Below, in pieces: positions 58,636-64,000 of a stretch of DNA of 64,000 nucleotides (positions are counted from its first letter, which is position 1; the number at the start of each line of letters is the position of its first letter). Under the pieces are notes generated by a model, which was not told the DNA's origin, made no database searches, and saw only the letters and a list, made by a program, of their open reading frames with translations. The stretch spans positions 96,001 through 160,000 of the forward strand of contig CBDFJG010000002.1 of the NCBI GenBank assembly GCA_965248445.1, read 5' to 3'. The DNA comes from Planctomycetota bacterium (lineage in GTDB: Bacteria > Planctomycetota > JAJSAM01 > JAJVHW01). The position numbers were made by a program, and so were the translations under genes.

Positions 58636-58670
58636 GGTCGCGGCTCCCTTCAGGAGCCGCCAGACCTCAC
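58632..58670 (+). terminator. Hairpin immediately after rtcB
   Basis: GTGAGGTC-GCGGCTCC-CTTCA-GGAGCCGC-CA-GACCTCAC; no U tract. Confidence 0.5.
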
Positions 58671-58707
58671 GCCCGCGACCCGAGTCCGCGTGCCAGCGGA
58701 CGAGGGA

Positions 58708-58733
58708 GCTGGAGTGGTAACAACCACTCCAGC
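58708..58733. terminator. Perfect 11-bp hairpin near the end of the convergent gene
   Basis: GCTGGAGTGGT-AACA-ACCACTCCAGC. Confidence 0.5.
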
Positions 58734-58749
58734 AGCGGGATGGGCGAGG

Positions 58750-61700
58750 TCAGTCCAAGTCCACCGTCACCCTCGCCACACCCTCCGCCGCAATCGTCGA
58801 GGTCTCCCGTTCTGTTCCGCCTTCGGGGTCCGTCACCACGACAATCACGTCGCCGAGCGGCAGCCCGGCACGCTGCATCCGGCCGAACGCCCCGGTCACG
58901 CTGCTGTTGCCAGCGAAGTTGGACATCGTCAGGCGTTTCTCGAGCGGCTTCCCGGTCGCGTCGCGCACGGAGACCTGCACGCCCTCCACCGGCTCGCCGT
59001 CGCGCAGGACGGTCACTTCGAGTGTGCCCCCCGGGCTGAGCCGGATCGTAGCCGTGCCGGCCTGGCCGTCAACCTGCAGCGACGTCGCGGGGTGCGTCGC
59101 TGTCTCCGCGACCAGCGTGTGCCGGCCCGGTGCGAGCCGAAGCGTGGCGACCCCGTCCTCACCGGCGATCCCCTGCATGTTCAGGCGGAACGGCATGGAC
59201 TCCTGGCCGGAACCGTCGTCCACGATCACGGACGCACCCACCGCGGGACTACCGTCCGGGGTCTGCACCGTCACGAGCAGTTCCGCACCGCTCTCGAGAC
59301 GCACCGTCACGTTCTCGGTGCCGGATGCGACGCCCGGGATCGTCCCGTCGACGTGCTCGCCCGCAGAGACGCGCAGCGTCCAGGAGCCGGGGTCCACGCC
59401 GTCGATCGTGAAGCGGCCGTCCTCGCCCGTAAAGGCCTGACCGCGCTGTGCGGACATCAGGTCCTCCATCGAGTTCAGGCTCGAAGCGTTCGGATCGAGC
59501 AGCACCACCTGCGCCATAGCGATCGGAGCGTCGGTGGCGGCATCGAGCACGCGTCCGGTGATCGTGAGCGCCGAGATCTCGATGCGCACCGGCGGGACGA
59601 CACCACCGCCCGCGGGAACGGTCACCTTCTCGGACGTGGAGCCGCCCATCATCCCGCGCTGCACCATGACCGTGTAACTGCCCGGCGCGACGTTCTCGAA
59701 CTCGAGCTCGCCGTTCGCATCGGCCGTCGACATCTGCATGCCCATGTCGCCGCCGGACAGGATCACCATCGCGTCCTGGAGCGGCTCGCCGCCGCGAATG
59801 ACGGAGCCGGTAACGGTCGTCGTGTCCTTGCGCGGGCGGAAGTCGTGACGCGTGGTCTCACCGTCGCGCACCGTCACCGGGACCATGCCCTGCATACCGA
59901 ACGCACCGGATTCGGTCCCGATTCGCATGAGGTTGTAATTGCCCGCCCGCCGCCGCTCGAATGCGAACTCGCCGGCGGTGTCGGTCGTCGCGGACCGTTG
60001 CAATCCGAACCCCATCGACCCGCCGGAGAGCATGATCTGCGCGCCGACCTCGGGGTTGCCGTCAGAGTCGAGCACGACACCCACGACCTCGCCGCCCGCG
60101 GAGACCTCGACCGTCACCTCACTCGGTGCAGGAACGGCAGGGATCGACTCGGGCGCGTAGTCCCGGCTGCGAACTTGCAGGGTCACTTGGCCGGGATTCA
60201 GGCCATCCAGAACGAACGCGCCTTCTGAGTCGGTCGTGGTCGAGACGGAGTCGGGCGGTGCTTGCGGCTCGCCACCGAGGTTGTCCGATGCATTGAATCC
60301 CGCCATCGGCCCCTCTGCGCGGCTGACGTAGACGAGCGCACCCTCGACGCCGCTGCTGGTGCCGCGCTCGACCACCCTGCCGGTGACGGTCGCCGACGGG
60401 AGCAGCACCAGTTCCAGATCGCTCGCCTCCACGCCGGCCTCGGCCTCCACGTTCAGCGCCTCGCTGTCCGCGTGGCCGTCGGCACGGCCGCGCAGCCGGT
60501 ACTTGCCCGGAGCGATGCCGTTCAACTCGAAGCGTCCCGCATCGTCGGCGAGTGTGCTGGTCGAGTTGCCCATCATCGCGGCCCATGGATTACTGCCGCC
60601 CGAGGGTCCGCCTTCGAGCATGACGGTCGCACGCGCGACCGTGTTGCCGGCCTCGTCGAACACGACTCCGGACAGCGTCGCCGCGGCGCCGAGCGTCAGG
60701 TCGACGCTTCCGCTGCCCTGCGCGATGTCTTCGGCACTTGCGGGCAGAAAGCCCTGCATGCGCGCGGTGACGCTGTACGGACCCTCGTCGAGACCGTCGG
60801 CCGTGTAGCGCCCGTCGGCGTCGGTGGTGAAGCTCCGGCCAGCGCCGCCGCCGCCCATCATGGCCGCCCACGGATTGCCTCCGCTGTCCTCTGGCCACGA
60901 GACACGGACGACGGCGTCCGCCTGCGGCAGACCCGCGGGCGTGTAGACGGTGCCGGAGATCGTGTACCCCGGTGCGAGTTCGAAGTCCTTCTGCGACTCC
61001 TCGCCGCCCGGGAACGTCACAGTGTCCTCGGTCCGGAGGTAGCCCTCCGAACTCACGCGCACGCGACGAGCGCCCGCGTTCAGCCGCCTCACGCGATATC
61101 CCCCGTCCGCGTCGGTCACGCTCGATGACCACGCGCCGCCCATCGCCTGCACGGCCATCGCCGCCCAGCCCGACGGCTGTGGCGCTTCGACCTCGACGGT
61201 CGCGCCCGCGAGAGGACCGCCGTCGGCGCTGGTCACGCGACCGGTCAGCACGCTCTCGCGCTCGACCACGATGCGCACGTCGACCGTCGTCTCGTGCGCG
61301 CGCACCTCGATGTCCTCGGCGCGGGCGGGCAGCCAGCCGTCGCCCTGAGCGAGCAGGTGGATCATCCCCGGAGCGAGTCCGCTGATGAGGAACGAGCCGT
61401 CGGCCCCGGTCCGATCGGACGGAGGCGGCGCGTCGAACGCGTCCTGCTGCGCCATCCGCATGAACATCATGGGGTTGATCGTCTTGGAGACGGGCACGAC
61501 CGATGCCCCCGCGACCGGCCCGCCGTCCGCGTCCACCACGATGCCGCGAATCTCCCCCGCGGCCTGGAGTTCGATCGTGATCGGACTCGCCGCGTCGTCG
61601 GGCGACAGGCGCACGATTCGGGACGCCGCTGTGTACCCGTCGGCCGTCACCAGCACGCTCTCACGCGGGCTGCTCGCGGCGTCGGTGCGGAACACACCGC

Positions 61701-62628
61701 CGCCGTCGGTGGTGAGCGTCATGGTGCGCAGTCGGACGCCAGCCCCGACCACGGGTTCGCCGCCCGAGACCACGAGGCCCTCGAGCACGGCTCCGCGACG
61801 TAGGCGCAGCGTGAGTTCCGTATCACGCTTGGAGATGCGGCGCTTCAACCGAACGTGAGCGTCGGCGACGACGCGGACCTCGACCCGCGGCGTGCGGAGG
61901 TTGGCGATCTCGAACGACCCGTCGCTCGCTGTGCGAGTTTGCCCGATCACGGCGAACGTGCCGTCGGACTGGAAGCGCGCCACCGCGAGCTGGCCGAGTG
62001 TGATCATCCGATCGAACAGGCCGTCTTCGCTGAACATGCGGCGCGCCATGGCCTGGCCTTGGTCCATGCGATCCGCGACCTCCGACTGATCGGGACCCGT
62101 CGACGTCACGCTGCCACTCGTCGAGACGGAGACCGTCACGCTTCCCGCCGGCTCGGCCGGCTCGGCTTCCTCGATCGTCTCCTCGTCTTCCGCGTCGGAG
62201 CCGCCGCGACCAAACATGCCGCCTGTGCGCGCTTCACGCTCCATGTACTCGAAGTCCTCGTCGGTGAACCGGTCGCCCAGTTCATTCCGCAGCATGCGCA
62301 CGCCGTCGGAGACGTCGTCGTCCGGGGTCACCGCGTAGACCACGACGTTCGCACCGCCTACGGGTCCCCGGTCGTCGAGGACCTTGCCCGTCAGCGTCCA
62401 GCCGGCGGCCGCGCCGACCCGGTCGGCGTCGTCGGGCGTGACGCGTTCACGCCGCGTTTCCTCTTCGCCGTCGTCGGCGGAATCGTCGACAGGAGTATCG
62501 CCGGAGGCCGCTGCCGACTCCCCCGTCCGCGATTCCGTGTCGCCGCCAGATCCGATCACGAACCACGCGGCGACCGCGCAGATCACGACCAGACCCAGAA
62601 TCAGAAGTGCGACAAGTGCTCGCTTCAT
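58750..62628 (-). CDS. Membrane-anchored protein with many carboxypeptidase-regulatory-like repeats (second copy)
   Basis: N-terminal TM helix; same repeated beta-sandwich units as 50527..54399; GGAGG RBS. Confidence 0.88.
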   Translation of the reverse strand: MKRALVALLILGLVVICAVAAWFVIGSGGDTESRTGESAAASGDTPVDDSADDGEEETRRERVTPDDADRVGAAAGWTLTGKVLDDRGPVGGANVVVYAVTPDDDVSDGVRMLRNELGDRFTDEDFEYMEREARTGGMFGRGGSDAEDEETIEEAEPAEPAGSVTVSVSTSGSVTSTGPDQSEVADRMDQGQAMARRMFSEDGLFDRMITLGQLAVARFQSDGTFAVIGQTRTASDGSFEIANLRTPRVEVRVVADAHVRLKRRISKRDTELTLRLRRGAVLEGLVVSGGEPVVGAGVRLRTMTLTTDGGGVFRTDAASSPRESVLVTADGYTAASRIVRLSPDDAASPITIELQAAGEIRGIVVDADGGPVAGASVVPVSKTINPMMFMRMAQQDAFDAPPPSDRTGADGSFLISGLAPGMIHLLAQGDGWLPARAEDIEVRAHETTVDVRIVVERESVLTGRVTSADGGPLAGATVEVEAPQPSGWAAMAVQAMGGAWSSSVTDADGGYRVRRLNAGARRVRVSSEGYLRTEDTVTFPGGEESQKDFELAPGYTISGTVYTPAGLPQADAVVRVSWPEDSGGNPWAAMMGGGGAGRSFTTDADGRYTADGLDEGPYSVTARMQGFLPASAEDIAQGSGSVDLTLGAAATLSGVVFDEAGNTVARATVMLEGGPSGGSNPWAAMMGNSTSTLADDAGRFELNGIAPGKYRLRGRADGHADSEALNVEAEAGVEASDLELVLLPSATVTGRVVERGTSSGVEGALVYVSRAEGPMAGFNASDNLGGEPQAPPDSVSTTTDSEGAFVLDGLNPGQVTLQVRSRDYAPESIPAVPAPSEVTVEVSAGGEVVGVVLDSDGNPEVGAQIMLSGGSMGFGLQRSATTDTAGEFAFERRRAGNYNLMRIGTESGAFGMQGMVPVTVRDGETTRHDFRPRKDTTTVTGSVIRGGEPLQDAMVILSGGDMGMQMSTADANGELEFENVAPGSYTVMVQRGMMGGSTSEKVTVPAGGGVVPPVRIEISALTITGRVLDAATDAPIAMAQVVLLDPNASSLNSMEDLMSAQRGQAFTGEDGRFTIDGVDPGSWTLRVSAGEHVDGTIPGVASGTENVTVRLESGAELLVTVQTPDGSPAVGASVIVDDGSGQESMPFRLNMQGIAGEDGVATLRLAPGRHTLVAETATHPATSLQVDGQAGTATIRLSPGGTLEVTVLRDGEPVEGVQVSVRDATGKPLEKRLTMSNFAGNSSVTGAFGRMQRAGLPLGDVIVVVTDPEGGTERETSTIAAEGVARVTVDLD

Positions 62629-62737
62629 GACCGTCCCTCCGGAGACACGCTGCGCCCCCCGTTCCCACGAGGGCCCCTACAAAGTGAAACGTACCGCGCC
62701 AAGGTGGGAAACCGGCCGATCCGGAGGGCGGTTCCCG

Positions 62738-62830
62738 GACACCGGGTCTAAGAACTCAACTTCCGAGCGCGGACCGATTCCGTCGGGCGCGAGCGTTGGC
62801 CTCGCAAGTTGAGTTCTTAGACTCGGTGTC
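62738..62830. repeat. 93-bp inverted-repeat element (MITE-like or long terminator hairpin)
   Basis: GACACCGGGTCTAAGAACTCAACTT ... AAGTTGAGTTCTTAGACTCGGTGTC: 25-bp arms with one mismatch. Confidence 0.7.
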
Positions 62831-64000
62831 AGACGGAGAAGTAGCGGGCGTCGGGGTGGTGGAAGACCAGCGCCGACACGCTCGCCTCGGGCTCCATCAT
62901 GTGACCGTCCGTCAGGCTCACCCCGATCCTCCCGGCATCCAAGATGCGGAACAGGTCGTCCTGCATCTCGAGATCGGGGCACGCCGGGTAGCCGAACGAG
63001 TACCGCTTGCCGTGATAGCGGGCCTGGAACCGCTCGAGCATGGTCATGCCGTCCGGGTCCGGGAAACCCCAGGCCGTGCGCAGCCGCGCGTGCAGCCGCT
63101 CTGCTGCCGCCTCCGCGCTCTCGATCGCGAGTGCGGAGAGCGCGTGACACCGCACGTACTCGCCCCTCTGCTTGAACTCTTCGGCGCGCGCGGCAATGCC
63201 CTCTCCGGCCGTGGTCACGAACACGGCGACGTGATCGTGCGCGCCATCCCGTGGCGGCAACACGTAGTCCGCCAGACACAGTCCATCGGGCTTGGCCTGC
63301 CGCGGTAGATCGAACTCCGCAACGGTCCCGCCGTCCGGCCCGGCGAGGATCAGACGATTGCCGTCCGACGCGGCGCGGAAGAACCGGCAGATCGTGCGCA
63401 CATGCAGCCCGTCGTCCCGCGCGATCGCCTGCACGTCGGCGATGGCCGCCTCGACCTTGCGCGCCTGCGGGTCGTCGGTCCCGAGCTTGCGGCGCACACC
63501 CTTGAGACCCATGTGCCGGCCGTAGAGCATCGCCGGATTGATCCACTCGAACAGTTCGTCGAGATCGGCGATCTCCTCGACGTGCTCGTCGAAATCGGGA
63601 GGCGACGGAATCTCGATGTCGAGTGAGACGTGACTGCTGCGCGTGGTGGACACGAACACCGCTTGCGGCGGACGCTCCGCAGGAGCGGTTCGCGCGTCCC
63701 TCTCCGTCGCAATCTCCATCAGCGACTTCCGCTCGGCGGGCTTGACGACTCGCTCCATCAACGACAGTCCCTTCATCGCATCCGCGGCATACAGGACGAG
63801 ATTGTCGCCGTACGCCGGCCGGATGCGCCCCACTGTGTAGTTGCGCGACAACGCGGCGCCGCCCACCAGGATCGGGATGTCGATCCCCGCGTCGTGCAGG
63901 TCCTCCGCCGTCGCCACCATCTGCTGTGCCGACTTCACGAGCAGTCCCGAGAGACCGATGGCATCCGGGTTGTGCTCACGCACCGCACTGACGAGCGTGG
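62829..64000 (-). CDS. metH: Cobalamin-dependent methionine synthase, C-terminal part (B12-binding and activation domains); continues beyond the window
   Basis: IGLSGLLVKS, LVGGAALS, YAADAM.GL, PRQ...LCLADY, RYSFGYPACPDL, PEASVSALVFHHP. Confidence 0.96.
   Translation of the reverse strand, partial: TLVSAVREHNPDAIGLSGLLVKSAQQMVATAEDLHDAGIDIPILVGGAALSRNYTVGRIRPAYGDNLVLYAADAMKGLSLMERVVKPAERKSLMEIATERDARTAPAERPPQAVFVSTTRSSHVSLDIEIPSPPDFDEHVEEIADLDELFEWINPAMLYGRHMGLKGVRRKLGTDDPQARKVEAAIADVQAIARDDGLHVRTICRFFRAASDGNRLILAGPDGGTVAEFDLPRQAKPDGLCLADYVLPPRDGAHDHVAVFVTTAGEGIAARAEEFKQRGEYVRCHALSALAIESAEAAAERLHARLRTAWGFPDPDGMTMLERFQARYHGKRYSFGYPACPDLEMQDDLFRILDAGRIGVSLTDGHMMEPEASVSALVFHHPDARYFSV

Noticed and set aside
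58700..58745. tRNA-like or Y-RNA-like element next to rtcB (GGAGTGGTAA resembles a D-loop)
   Set aside because: It forms one simple hairpin; no T-loop GTTCRA or cloverleaf

Overview
High-GC (about 70% by eye) bacterial chromosomal segment, gene-dense with about 48 CDS. I found no rRNA, tRNA, CRISPR array, transposase or phage genes. Many lipoproteins, carboxypeptidase-regulatory-like repeat proteins, FG-GAP/IPT proteins and secreted hydrolases suggest a Planctomycetota-like organism (inference). Recognisable housekeeping genes are a Leu/Phe/Val dehydrogenase, cstA, tldD-pmbA, tkt, tal, pgi, fbp, rtcB and the 3' part of metH, scattered among orphan exported proteins. Most notable: (1) a tandem pair of paralogous small winged-helix-like proteins divergent from tldD, facing a membrane-anchored winged-helix-like protein; (2) an exported TPR lipoprotein whose CHAT domain lacks its catalytic core; (3) two ~1290-aa membrane-anchored repeat proteins with recurring Met/Trp-rich inserts, flanking an rtcB-containing block; (4) a 93-bp MITE-like inverted repeat overlapping the metH stop codon; (5) a recurrent TANNNT-N6-8-start signature of leaderless genes; (6) several apparent pseudo-enzymes. 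All calls come from motif recognition by eye; no database search was run.
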